Assembly: GCA_049513315.1 (NCBI GenBank)
Contig: JBEKWG010000004.1
Span: 52,244-116,243, forward strand
Reading direction: 5' to 3'
Length of the DNA: 64,000 nucleotides
From: Opitutaceae bacterium
Lineage (GTDB): Bacteria; Verrucomicrobiota; Verrucomicrobiia; Opitutales; Opitutaceae
Each line of letters starts with the position of its first letter. Position 1 is the stretch's first letter. The notes below the pieces were generated by a model, which had not been told where the DNA came from, ran no database searches, and saw only the letters and a program-made list of their open reading frames with translations. Both the position numbers and the translations under genes were made by a program. Below, piece by piece: positions 34,068-43,622 of the stretch.

Positions 34068-36953
34068 TTATTCGAAGGTGAGGTCGATCGCGTCGCCGCG
34101 ATAGCGGACGGAACGGTCCGGCTGCGGAGCAAAGCTGAATCCGATTGGTTTCTGTTTCGAAACCAGGATTACCTGGAGGGTCCTCTCCGCCAGCATGCCC
34201 GGGAAAGTTCCCTTGCGGGCGCCGATATGCAGCGTTCGGCTGGTGTCATGCCAGCGGAGTGGAATGCGCGCGAACGCGCCCCGCTCATAGCCGTTGGTCA
34301 GGCCGTCGTCCTCGTAAAGCGTGAACGTCCCGTTGGCGCCGGCATAAACGCAGAGCGTGATGGGATCGGCCGGCTTCTCGCCGGTGTACTGCAGCTCGGG
34401 GCCGAACGGAATGATCGCTCCGGCCCGCACGTACAGCGGGATCGCATCGTACGGCGCGGCCGCCTCGATCGTCTGACCGCCGGACACTGACGCCCCCGTC
34501 CAGAAGTCATACCAGCCCGCCGCCGCCGGCAGGTAGACCGGCCGGCTCCGCACCTGGTACTCCGTCACCGGGTTCACCAGCAACGCCGGCCCGAACATGT
34601 ACTCGTCGCCGATCTCCCGCGCCTTCGCGTCGGCGCGAAAATCCATGACCAGCGCGCGCATGATCGTGCCGCCCTCCTGCGTCACCGCGCCGGCCAGCGA
34701 ATAGAGGTACGGCAGCAGCCGGTAGCGCAGCCGGTCGAACTTGAGCTGCGCCTGGTAGGCCGGTGACGACTCGCCGCCAAACTGCCACATCTCGCGATAC
34801 GGAAACTCGCCATGCGTGCGGAGCAGCGGCGTGAAGGTGCCGAACTCGAACCACCGCGTGTTCAATTCGCACCATTCCTCGGCATCCGCCGCGGTGGGTT
34901 TCCCGTAGATGGGGTCACCGTTGCTGTCATCGCCCAGGTTCGGCGCGAAACGGCGGGGGACGGAGAAGCCGCCGATGTCCATCGTCCAGTAGGGCAACCC
35001 CGACAGGCAGAAGCCCAGGCCGGCCGGGATCTGCTTCCGCAGCGCCGTCCAAGTCGAGCTGGTGTCGCCGGACCAGACGGCGGCGGCATAACGCTGCTGT
35101 CCGGTGAAGCCGGAGCGGGTCAGGATGAAGACGCGCTGGTCGGGCGCGGCCGCGCGCTGGCCCTGGTACACCACCTCGCTGTTCAGCAGGGGAAACGCGT
35201 TGAGCACGCGCGAGCCCGGCCCCAACGCCGTCGGATTCATGTAATCGCGCTGGTGGTCGAGCGTCGGATTGCGGGTGAGGTCCGGTTCCGACGCATCCAG
35301 CCACCAGGCGTCGACCTGCTTGCGGAACAGCTCGCGTTCGATCTGCGACCAGAAGAGCTTCCGCGCGTCGGGATTGAACGCATCGTAGAACGTATAGGGA
35401 AAACCGACCCAGTCGCGGATCTTCTCCTGCAGATTGCGCTCGTAGAGGAAACCGCGCGCGTGCATCTCCTCAAAGTTATTGGTGCCGGGATAGAATTTCG
35501 GCCAGACGGAGATCATCAGCCGGGCGTGCTGGTCGTGGATCGCCCGCACCCAGCCCTCGGGATCGGGGAAGCGTGCCGGATCGAATTCGTGCGAACCCCA
35601 AGCGTCCTTCTTCCAGTAGAACCAGTCCTGCACGATGTTGTCGAAGGGGATGCCGCGGTCGCGGAAGCCTTTGACGACGTCCAGCGCCTCCTGCGCCGTT
35701 CGGTAGCGCTGCCGGCTCTGCCACAGGCCGAAGACCCATTGCGGCATCATCGGCGCCTCGCCCGAGAGGCGGCGGTAGCCGGCGACCACCCGATCGAGAT
35801 CCGGACCGTAGACAAAATAGTAATCGGTCCCCTCGCCCACCTCGGACCAGAGCGAGGTGGCGGCATCCGCCGCCGGGGTTTTCCAGCGCAGCTGCACGAC
35901 CGGCGGATTGCCCGCCCGGCTCCAGTCGAGCCGCAGTGCGTAGCGCCGGCCGGCCTCCAGGTGCACCCGCGCCAAGTCGTACCACGGCAGCCACTCCTGC
36001 CGCCAGTGATCGGCGACGAGCTGGCCATCGACCCAGAGTTTGATGCCGCCGTTGGAGTAAGTCTGGAACTGGTAATCCCCGTTCACCTCCGGCACCACGC
36101 TGCCCTCCCAGCGCACGCTGATGTCGCCCGACGGCGGCAGCTTGGGCTGGATGGCGGTGTTGGGAATGAAGCCCCGGCCGGACGGCATGACGTCAACGCG
36201 CTGGTCGATCTGCTGCGCGGCCGGCCGGCCAAAGCCGGCGTCGGCGTAGTAGGTGCCGGTGAGGCCGCCCGGCTTGCCGTCCGCGTCGCACAGGCGTGCG
36301 GCCGGGAGGGGTTCGAAGGGACGCAGATCGCCGAACCGCGTGTACGAGGGATTATCCCAGAGAATGCCGTAGCCGCGGCTGGAGACCAGGAACGGCACGG
36401 CCACCGTGCCGTTGTGCTGCCACAGGTCGAGATCGTAGCCCTTGAGATTGACCAAGCCGAGCTGGTTTTCTCCGAGACCATACAGCGCCTCGTCCGCGTT
36501 TGGTTCCCAAGTCTGACGCACGTGATACGTCTGCTCGCCCTGCACCGCCGCGGCGGTGATTTCCCGGCCTCCCTTCTTCTCAGCCAGAATCGGCTGCCCG
36601 GCGGAGTCGAGGAACGTGACCGCCCCTGTCCCGAGATCGACCTGCACCTTGAGCTGCGCCGTGCTGAGCGTGGCCGTGCCCGCAGTCGTCCTCAGCTCCC
36701 AGGGCGTCGCCGGTCTGCCCGCCGGCAGCAGCGCCAGACTGTCGTAAACGAAAAACCGCCGGTCGTTCGCGCAGGCCACCCGCACGATGTTGTACGCCCG
36801 CAGCTCGACCCGGAGGAAGATGTCGCCGATCGGGACGATAATGCCATCGGCAAGTGTTTCCAATTCGGGCGCGGCGCGCAGCGACGGGGCCAGGAGCAGA
36901 GCGAGCGCCGCTGTGGCAGCAAGCACGGGGGTTCGACCGAAAGGTGCGTGCAT
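34068..36953 (-). CDS. GH31 alpha-xylosidase with inserted PA14 domain, secreted
   Basis: 961 aa from the ATG at 36953 (MHAPFGRTPVLAATAALALLLAPSLRA). GH31 core motifs: VQDWFYW, ISVWPKF, DAWWLDASEPD, RSGFTGQQRY, WSGD. The PA14-like insert lies at about 35877-36284 (GLTGTYYADAGF...VRWEGSVVPEVNGDYQFQTYSNGGIKLWVDGQLV). Confidence 0.85.
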   Translation of the reverse strand: MHAPFGRTPVLAATAALALLLAPSLRAAPELETLADGIIVPIGDIFLRVELRAYNIVRVACANDRRFFVYDSLALLPAGRPATPWELRTTAGTATLSTAQLKVQVDLGTGAVTFLDSAGQPILAEKKGGREITAAAVQGEQTYHVRQTWEPNADEALYGLGENQLGLVNLKGYDLDLWQHNGTVAVPFLVSSRGYGILWDNPSYTRFGDLRPFEPLPAARLCDADGKPGGLTGTYYADAGFGRPAAQQIDQRVDVMPSGRGFIPNTAIQPKLPPSGDISVRWEGSVVPEVNGDYQFQTYSNGGIKLWVDGQLVADHWRQEWLPWYDLARVHLEAGRRYALRLDWSRAGNPPVVQLRWKTPAADAATSLWSEVGEGTDYYFVYGPDLDRVVAGYRRLSGEAPMMPQWVFGLWQSRQRYRTAQEALDVVKGFRDRGIPFDNIVQDWFYWKKDAWGSHEFDPARFPDPEGWVRAIHDQHARLMISVWPKFYPGTNNFEEMHARGFLYERNLQEKIRDWVGFPYTFYDAFNPDARKLFWSQIERELFRKQVDAWWLDASEPDLTRNPTLDHQRDYMNPTALGPGSRVLNAFPLLNSEVVYQGQRAAAPDQRVFILTRSGFTGQQRYAAAVWSGDTSSTWTALRKQIPAGLGFCLSGLPYWTMDIGGFSVPRRFAPNLGDDSNGDPIYGKPTAADAEEWCELNTRWFEFGTFTPLLRTHGEFPYREMWQFGGESSPAYQAQLKFDRLRYRLLPYLYSLAGAVTQEGGTIMRALVMDFRADAKAREIGDEYMFGPALLVNPVTEYQVRSRPVYLPAAAGWYDFWTGASVSGGQTIEAAAPYDAIPLYVRAGAIIPFGPELQYTGEKPADPITLCVYAGANGTFTLYEDDGLTNGYERGAFARIPLRWHDTSRTLHIGARKGTFPGMLAERTLQVILVSKQKPIGFSFAPQPDRSVRYRGDAIDLTFE

Positions 36954-37050
36954 GGGTGAGGAAAGGACGCCAGCTTGCCGCAGGTCGGCCGGCCCCGCCA
37001 AGCAATTCTTTGCGACAACCCGCGCGATGCCTTTCCCACCCGCCGGAAGA

Positions 37051-37079
37051 ATAAAATGTCAACTATTAGCTGACATCAA
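37051..37079 (-). promoter_or_regulatory. Candidate sigma-70-type promoter for the GH31-GH127-GH3 unit
   Basis: AT-rich patch. On the minus strand it reads TTGATG-N17-TTTTAT, and a TTGACA hexamer lies inside the spacer. It is about 100 nt upstream of the GH31 ATG. The match to consensus is weak. Confidence 0.25.
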
Positions 37080-37099
37080 ACAATCGCCCAGTGCGTGGT

Positions 37100-38797
37100 T
37101 CACGGAGGATTACTCCCCGTGGACGGAGCGACGTCCTGCGCTTTTGGCGAGAGATACGGCGCCAGCGGATTCACCTTGAGGCTCTTCAGGCCGGCGATCA
37201 CGCATTGCGCACTGAGCTCGGCCCCGGCGGCGCTGGTGTGCGTGTGCGGATCGCCAAACAGCGGATCCACTTTCTCCGGCCCGAGTTCATCGTAGTGCCG
37301 CGCGATGATCTCGTTGAGATCAACAAACGCCGCGCCTTCCGCCCTGGCCACCGCTTCCGCCCATCCGGCGTAATCCGCCTTGCTGCGAACGATTTTGCCC
37401 TCCTGCCAGGTTTTTCTCGGCACGAGCGAGCACACGACGGGCGTAGCGCCCTTCGCCCGGGTGTCGGCAATGAATCTCCGCAGATACCAGCCATAGGTGT
37501 GCACGACCTCGTGCTGCCTGGTCAGCAGGTTGTCGATTTCCTGGGTCTCCTCGCCGACGCCCTTGATCGTGCCGCGGGCGCGGGAAGTGTCGTTGATCGC
37601 CCCGCCGTCGTTGGTGCCAAATTGCATCAGGACGAAGTCGCCCGGTTTCAACATCGCCAAGACGCGCTCCCAGTGTCCGCTGGTATAATAGGAGCGGCTG
37701 CTGGTTCCCCCCACGGCCCGGTTCACCACATTGATCCTCGCAGGGTCGAAATAGGCGACGAGGGGCTCGCCCCAGCCCAGCTGGTTGTTCGCACCATCGC
37801 CCCGGCCGTTGCGGACGGTGGAGTCGCCGATGAGGAAAAGCGTTGGCAGTTGAGGATTCGCCGGCTCGGGCAGATGCAGCCAGGCTAGAAAATCCGGGGC
37901 GCGGGCCAACCCGGATGCGGCGGGAGCCACCTCCCTGCCCTGATCAGAAAGAACGCGGTCCAGCGGACGGTTGCCGAGCGCCTTGAGCCCGGACACGACC
38001 GAGGCCGCGTTGAGCCTGGCGCCGTCCGCGTTGGTGTGCGTGTGGTCGCGGGGGAAGAACTTCTTCACCGTTTCTTCGCCCATTCTCTCATACTGGTCGG
38101 CGATGATTGCGGTGGTGTCGACGAACGCCACGCCCTCGCTCTTCGCGATTTCAGCGGACCAAGGACCGTATTCGCCCGGTCCGCGCTCCACCTTGCCGTC
38201 CTTCCAGATATTGCGGACCATGGGTGACAGCACGATGGGCATGGCGCCCTTCGCCCGGGTGTCGGCAATGAATTTCCGCAGATACCAGCCGTAGGTGTGC
38301 ACGACCTCGTGCTTTTCCGTAATGATGTTGTCGATCTCCCTGGTCTCCTCGCCCAGCCCGGGCAGCGAGCCGCGGGCGCGCAGCGGATTTTTCGAGCCCG
38401 GCGGCTCCTCGTTGACCGCCCCGCCGTCGTTGTGGCCGAATTGGATCAGGACAAAGTCGCCTGGTTTCAGGTCAGCAAGCACTTTGTCCCACCATCCCTC
38501 CGTCAGGAAGGTCCGGCTGCTGCGGCCGCTGCGGGCCCGGTTGGCGACGTTGATCTTCGCCGGGTCGAAATACGCCGGGAACGGCAGCGCCCAGCCGACC
38601 GCCACGCCGTCGTCGCTGGCGGCGGTGGAATCACCGATGACGAAAAGCGTCGGCAGCTTTGGATCAAGCGGGGCCGGGGCGGTCTCGGGTGGCGGCGGCG
38701 CAGACGGCGCCCCGGCATTCTGCCCGGGCAGCACGACGGCGGGCAGACCGGACACGAGCAAAAGGAACAGCCCGACAGTTCGTCCCGCGGTGTTCAT
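37100..38797 (-). CDS. Tandem double SGNH/CE12 (rhamnogalacturonan-acetylesterase-like) esterase, secreted
   Basis: 565 aa from the ATG at 38797 (MNTAGRTVGLFLLLVSGLPAVVL). It holds two complete SGNH domains. Domain 1: LPTLFVIGDSTAAS ... IQFGHNDGG ... DHTHTNADGA. Domain 2: LPTLFLIGDSTVRN ... MQFGTNDGG ... DPHTHTSAAGA. Both contain EVVHTYGWYLR(K/R)FIADTRAKGA. Confidence 0.82.
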   Translation of the reverse strand: MNTAGRTVGLFLLLVSGLPAVVLPGQNAGAPSAPPPPETAPAPLDPKLPTLFVIGDSTAASDDGVAVGWALPFPAYFDPAKINVANRARSGRSSRTFLTEGWWDKVLADLKPGDFVLIQFGHNDGGAVNEEPPGSKNPLRARGSLPGLGEETREIDNIITEKHEVVHTYGWYLRKFIADTRAKGAMPIVLSPMVRNIWKDGKVERGPGEYGPWSAEIAKSEGVAFVDTTAIIADQYERMGEETVKKFFPRDHTHTNADGARLNAASVVSGLKALGNRPLDRVLSDQGREVAPAASGLARAPDFLAWLHLPEPANPQLPTLFLIGDSTVRNGRGDGANNQLGWGEPLVAYFDPARINVVNRAVGGTSSRSYYTSGHWERVLAMLKPGDFVLMQFGTNDGGAINDTSRARGTIKGVGEETQEIDNLLTRQHEVVHTYGWYLRRFIADTRAKGATPVVCSLVPRKTWQEGKIVRSKADYAGWAEAVARAEGAAFVDLNEIIARHYDELGPEKVDPLFGDPHTHTSAAGAELSAQCVIAGLKSLKVNPLAPYLSPKAQDVAPSTGSNPP

Positions 38798-38819
38798 GGT
38801 GGGCGGCGCCACTTCGCGG

Positions 38820-41534
38820 TTACGGCACGACCGTGCTCTGGAGTGAAATCTCCGCGGCGGCGAGGCCGTCGGACTGTGCCTTGAGGGTGATGACCCCCGG
38901 TTCGCCGGCCTTGGTGCGCACAACGACAAGGGCGAGTCCGTTGTAGGCTTTGCGCTCCCTGGCTTGGAACGGCTCGAAGCTGGTGGCGTCGCCGTTGTCG
39001 ACGGCCACGATTTCACCCGGACCGGCAATCTCAAATTTCACGAGATTTTTCGAGCGCGGCACGAGCAGGCCGGCCTGGTCGGCGATGGTCACCGTGACGA
39101 AGGAAAGATCGGAGCCGTCGGCCGTGAGCGCGGCGCGATCGGCGGTGAGCATCACCTTGGCCGCGGGGCCGGTGGTTTTCACGACATCCTCGGCCCATTT
39201 CCGGCCGTGCTGGTACGCCACGACACGCAGTTCGCCGGGCTCGTACTTCACCTCATTCCAGCAGAGCCGGTATTCGAGCGGCCCCCGCTGCTTCCGGCCG
39301 AGGGACTTCCCGTTCAGGAACAGCTCGGCCTCGTCCCCCGAGGTGTACACCTGCACGGGCGTGACCTGGCCGACGCGCTCGGGCCAGTTCCAGTGCGGCA
39401 GGAGGTGCGCCATCGGGAAATCCGGCCGCCAGCGCGCCTGGTAGATGAAGAACCGGTCCTTCGGGAAGCCGGCCAGGTCGATGATGCCGAAGTACGAGCT
39501 GCGCGAGGGCACCCGGATCCGGCCGAGCTCCTTCAGCTCCTTCGCCATCCGCGCCTGTTCGGCGGGATCGGAGAAATTGAGCAGGTTGGTCACGTCGGCA
39601 TTGTAGGGCGTGGGCTCGCCGAGATAATCAAAACCCGTCCAGACAAACTCGCCCGCGGCAAACGGCGCCTCGTCCAGCCCCTTGAACTCCACGTCCGGCC
39701 GCAGCGCCCAGCGCGGCGCATAGCGATCATACGAGCTCACCTGGAAATCGGCCCGGCCCTCGGCTTTGTCCTCGCTCACCGGGAAGAAATACTCGCCGCG
39801 CGAGCTGACGCACGAGGCCGTCTCGCTGCCGACCACCGGGATGGTCGGGTGCGCGGCATGGAACGGTCCGTATTCGCCCGGCTTGTAGTTGTACCCGACG
39901 ACATCCACCGCGGTCTGGAAGCCGTTGTAGCCGGAATCCGGCCCGTTGAAGGCGGAGGTGATCGGGCGGGTGCGATCCTCCTCGCGCACGATGCCGGCGA
40001 GCGTGCGGGCATACTGCCAGCCGTCGGAATACCACTGTTCGATCACCTCGTTGCCGATGCTCCAGAGGATCACGCAGGGATGGTTGCGATCGCGACACAC
40101 CAGCGCGCGCAGGTCGCGCTCGTACCAGTCGTCAAAGACGCGGGCGTAGTCGTTGAAACCCGGCTGGGGATCGTCGCGGTGCGAACCCGGCGCGAGCTTC
40201 TTGCCGCGGTGCCAGCAGTCGAAGGCCTCGTCCATCACCAGCATGCCCAGCCGGTCGCACAGCTCGAGCAGCTCCGGCGCCGGTGGATTGTGGCTGGTGC
40301 GGATGGCATTGCAGCCCATCGCCTGCAGCAGCTGGATCTGTCGCTCGAGCGCGCGCCGGTTGATCGCCGTGCCGAGCGCGCCGAGATCGTGGTGGTCGCA
40401 CACGCCCTGAAGCGGCACGTGCCGGCCGTTGAGGAGAAAACCGCGGTCGGGATCGAAGGCGATCGTGCGGATGCCGAACGGCGTCACGCACTCATCGACG
40501 ACCTTGCCCTCGCTGGTGAGGGTGGTCACCGCGACGTAGCGGTGCGGATGCTCGAGATCCCACAGCTTGGGCTGCGGCACCGTGAGGAGGTTGGACCGCG
40601 CGGCGGCGCTCGCCCGCGCCGGGTCGATTTCGACGCGGACGGCCGCGGAAGTGGCGACGGGTTCCGCGCCGCGTGCCTCGTCGGGGCCGAGCTCGTAGAT
40701 GCGGGTGGTGACGTCGAACGCGGCCTTTGGGGCGGTGAGATTTTCAAGCTCGAAATCCACATTCACCAGTGCCGCCTCGGCCGTGCCGTTCGACGGGCTC
40801 AGGCCCAGGATGCGGGGTGTGGTCACAAACACGCCCCAGTGGGCGAAGTGCACGAGCGGGGTTTTCACCAGCCAGACGTTGCGGTAGAGGCCGCTGCCCG
40901 GGTACCAGCGCGACGAGTTCGGCGGGTTGTCGAGGCGCACGGCGAGCACGTTCTCCGCGCCCCACTTGAAGTGCGGCGTGAGATCCAGACGGAAGGAGGA
41001 ATAGCCGTAGGGCCAGCCGCCGACGAACTGCCCGTTCAACCAGACGGCCGAGTACGCCATGGCGCCGTCGACATCGAGGAAGATCTGCCTGCCGGCGTCG
41101 GCGGCCGGTTCGGTGAAATGCTTGCGGTACCAACCCACGCCGGCCCAGGGCAGCTTGCCGGTGTCGCCGGGCAGGTCCTGGCTGAACGGCCCCTCGATGC
41201 CCCAGTCGTGCGGCAGATTGAGCTCGCGCCACCCGCGGTCGTCGAAGCCCGGCTGCACATAGGAGATGTCGCCGCCGGGGTTGCCCTCGGGCCGCACGGG
41301 TTTGGGCCGGGCCGCGCCGATCAGCCCGGTGCCGGTGGCGAGGACCCACGGCTTGATGTTTTCGTAGGCGAGCCGCTGGCCGGCGTCGGCGGGATCGCCC
41401 CGGGTGAAGCGCCAGCCGGCGTCAAAGGAAACTCGCTCGCGCGGCGCGGCGGCGTCCGCACGGAGCGAGACGGTCGCGAAGAGCGAGGCTATCAGGCAAA
41501 GAGCACAGATCCAGGAAGCACAGGGCATGCGCAT
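38820..41534 (-). CDS. GH2 beta-galactosidase, secreted
   Basis: 904 aa from the ATG at 41534 (MRMPCASWICALCLIASLFATVSLRA). Motifs: FDAGWRF, HDWGIEGPF, VWLNGQFVG, NAIRTSHNPP, WSIGNE (acid/base), GSETAS. The stop is 22 nt from the CE12 didomain start. Confidence 0.88.
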   Translation of the reverse strand: MRMPCASWICALCLIASLFATVSLRADAAAPRERVSFDAGWRFTRGDPADAGQRLAYENIKPWVLATGTGLIGAARPKPVRPEGNPGGDISYVQPGFDDRGWRELNLPHDWGIEGPFSQDLPGDTGKLPWAGVGWYRKHFTEPAADAGRQIFLDVDGAMAYSAVWLNGQFVGGWPYGYSSFRLDLTPHFKWGAENVLAVRLDNPPNSSRWYPGSGLYRNVWLVKTPLVHFAHWGVFVTTPRILGLSPSNGTAEAALVNVDFELENLTAPKAAFDVTTRIYELGPDEARGAEPVATSAAVRVEIDPARASAAARSNLLTVPQPKLWDLEHPHRYVAVTTLTSEGKVVDECVTPFGIRTIAFDPDRGFLLNGRHVPLQGVCDHHDLGALGTAINRRALERQIQLLQAMGCNAIRTSHNPPAPELLELCDRLGMLVMDEAFDCWHRGKKLAPGSHRDDPQPGFNDYARVFDDWYERDLRALVCRDRNHPCVILWSIGNEVIEQWYSDGWQYARTLAGIVREEDRTRPITSAFNGPDSGYNGFQTAVDVVGYNYKPGEYGPFHAAHPTIPVVGSETASCVSSRGEYFFPVSEDKAEGRADFQVSSYDRYAPRWALRPDVEFKGLDEAPFAAGEFVWTGFDYLGEPTPYNADVTNLLNFSDPAEQARMAKELKELGRIRVPSRSSYFGIIDLAGFPKDRFFIYQARWRPDFPMAHLLPHWNWPERVGQVTPVQVYTSGDEAELFLNGKSLGRKQRGPLEYRLCWNEVKYEPGELRVVAYQHGRKWAEDVVKTTGPAAKVMLTADRAALTADGSDLSFVTVTIADQAGLLVPRSKNLVKFEIAGPGEIVAVDNGDATSFEPFQARERKAYNGLALVVVRTKAGEPGVITLKAQSDGLAAAEISLQSTVVP

Positions 41535-41636
41535 GACAGACACGGGGGTTGAAAGATGCTCAGGCGAGCGAACCAATCTATTCAAAAAGCTGCTTGAGAG
41601 TGCAAACATGTTCGCCCTTCACGTGAGAGAGGCGCA

Positions 41637-42368
41637 TCACCGTACGTCGACCGAGAAGTCGTTGACTGCGAAATCGAGGCCGCCGAGCGATGCGGAGATT
41701 TCCCAGCCGAACTGCACCTCGTCGAGCCGAACGTCGCCATGCTGATGTCGGTCGAACCAGCCGCGGGCCTTAATCCAGTCGAGAACGGCCTTGAGGTCCA
41801 CCTCGCCGGCCGTGGCAGGACTGGTGCGCATGAAGGAAATGACCGTGTTGGCACCGTTGGTCCCTTTGTAGACGTCCCACGTGTGGCCGCCGACGGTGAC
41901 GCCGGCGACCTCAACCGCCGGCTTGCCGGTGGCGTCCCACGACCGGGCGATGGGACCCATCTTCCCGTGCCAGTTCATCCAGAGCATGATTTCAAAGGCG
42001 TGCTGCTCGCACCAGACGTCGTAGGCTGTGTTGTAGCTGCCGGTGGCGGGCACGGTAACGCTGAAACGGCTGGCGCACGTCTGGAGTTCGCTGAGGCGCC
42101 GGTTCACCGTCCAGCCGGCATGCGGATAAGCTTTGACGCCCGTGGTGTTGGGATGGTCGGCGTGGACGCCCCACTGCACGGACGAGCTGGCCCAGATGAT
42201 CTGCGGGCCGGGGCCTTCGCCCCAGACGTTGTTGCGTACGACATAACCGCCCGTGGAAAACTCCGCGAACTTGTCGGCGGAGGTCCACTTTGGCGACGCC
42301 GGGCCCGCACCGTGCTGGCAGGCGGTCACCAGCGCCGCCGCTACGAGGAGAAGAACCAGTCTTGTCAT
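41637..42368 (-). CDS. GH12 endo-beta-1,4-glucanase/xyloglucanase, predicted lipoprotein
   Basis: 243 aa from the ATG at 42368. The ORF-track start at 42389 is TTG. Lipobox: MTRLVLLLVAAALVTAC. GH12 motifs: YVVRNNVWG, YDVWCEQHAFEIMLWMNWHG, VQFGWEI. Confidence 0.82.
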   Translation of the reverse strand: MTRLVLLLVAAALVTACQHGAGPASPKWTSADKFAEFSTGGYVVRNNVWGEGPGPQIIWASSSVQWGVHADHPNTTGVKAYPHAGWTVNRRLSELQTCASRFSVTVPATGSYNTAYDVWCEQHAFEIMLWMNWHGKMGPIARSWDATGKPAVEVAGVTVGGHTWDVYKGTNGANTVISFMRTSPATAGEVDLKAVLDWIKARGWFDRHQHGDVRLDEVQFGWEISASLGGLDFAVNDFSVDVR

Positions 42369-42440
42369 GGGAAAACGGATTAAATCCAAATCACTCCAAG
42401 CGCCTTGAAGGCTGCGTTACTGGGGCATGGCGGAGTGCAT

Positions 42441-43442
42441 TCACGGAGCGGCCGGTTCGGTACGCAAACGATCCACCATTTCAGCCGGCACCGCGATCAC
42501 CGTGCCATGCCGCATGCGCACGGGCGTTCCCGCGCAGGGAAACGTCATTTTTGCCGTCACGTCCTCCCATGTCTTCAGGTCGCGCGAGCGCATGGCGCCG
42601 TAGTACTTTTTCATGTAGACATCGAAGTAGACGATGAACTCGTCCCCAATCTTGATCGCGGTCGGGCCCTCGACCCACAGGCCTTCGGGCGTGAACGGCG
42701 GGCCGAGGTTTGTGTACGGCCCCGCGAGGTCGTCGCTGGAGGCGATGCGCAGGTGTTTTTTCGGCGGAATGAGGCTCTCGTCCTTGACGATGAGGTAAAA
42801 TCGCCCGTTGGCCGGCAGGATCGTCGCGTCGATCACGCTGAAGCCGGGGTCGTAAAACAGCCGCGTGGGCGTGAAGGCGGTGAAATCCTTCGTCGTCGTG
42901 CAGTAGATGCGGTTGTTGAGATCCTTGCCCGCCGCCGCCTCGGTTTCCGGAAACTTCCCACGGATCGCGGACGCCCAGAAGATGAGGAACTCCCCGCGCT
43001 TCGCGTCGTACGCGACCTCGGGCGCCCAGCTGTTGCGCACCGCCGGCTCGTGCGCCATCACCGGAATCTCCTGCTCCTCCGACCAATGGATGAAGTCCCG
43101 CGTGGAGGCGTGGCCGATGTTGTTCTCCCACCACCCGGAGGTCCACACCATGTGGAAAGTGCCGTCGGGTCCGCGCACGACGCACGGGTCGCGCATGAGC
43201 TTCGCCGTGCCGACGGCGGGCGCGAGATAGCTTTTGCCGTCATTCAGCGCCTCCCACTGGTAGCCATCGCGGCTCCAGGCCAAGTGCAGCCCGTCCTCGC
43301 CGTTCTTCGTGAAGTAGGTGAACAGGTAGAAGGTATCGTCCGGAGCCGGGGCCTTGGCCTCCGCCGCCGTCACGAGGTTGTGACCGCCGGCCAGGAGCAA
43401 GGTCGCCGCGAGCAATCGGAGTTTGTGCATGAGTCGATCCAT
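42441..43442 (-). CDS. GH43-like five-bladed beta-propeller glycosidase, secreted
   Basis: 333 aa. Signal peptide MDRLMHKLRLLAATLLLAGG. Motifs: MRDPCVVRGPDGTFHMVWT, SWAPEVAYDAKRGEFLIFW, VIDATILPANGRFYLIVKD, WVEGPTAI. Confidence 0.7.
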   Translation of the reverse strand: MDRLMHKLRLLAATLLLAGGHNLVTAAEAKAPAPDDTFYLFTYFTKNGEDGLHLAWSRDGYQWEALNDGKSYLAPAVGTAKLMRDPCVVRGPDGTFHMVWTSGWWENNIGHASTRDFIHWSEEQEIPVMAHEPAVRNSWAPEVAYDAKRGEFLIFWASAIRGKFPETEAAAGKDLNNRIYCTTTKDFTAFTPTRLFYDPGFSVIDATILPANGRFYLIVKDESLIPPKKHLRIASSDDLAGPYTNLGPPFTPEGLWVEGPTAIKIGDEFIVYFDVYMKKYYGAMRSRDLKTWEDVTAKMTFPCAGTPVRMRHGTVIAVPAEMVDRLRTEPAAP

Positions 43443-43622
43443 GCTGCGCGCTCGGACGCGTCAGGCAACCGCCGAGTGCGAAGGTGGGACTCGGTTCGCG
43501 CTTGTCGCCGGTCCGGTGCTGGGATGTTCTCTTGGATCAGCCGGTTGTCTTCTGGGCCGTCAGGCCACGAAACCGGATGGCCCGCCACCCCGGATTCTCT
43601 CCCACCCTTCCCCGTCACTCCC

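Noticed and set aside
38964-41552. 862-aa plus-strand ORF
   Set aside because: It is antisense to the GH2 gene and has the same shadow-ORF character. The equally long ORFs 50703-53756, 34812-36959, 47093-49045 and 24676-26736 on the plus strand were rejected for the same reason.
42405-43622. 5' two-thirds of the 572-aa plus-strand ORF ending at 44123
   Set aside because: This part is antisense to the GH43-like gene and is Arg-rich. Only the last 166 codons, from the ATG at 43623, look like a real (flavin-reductase-like) protein.
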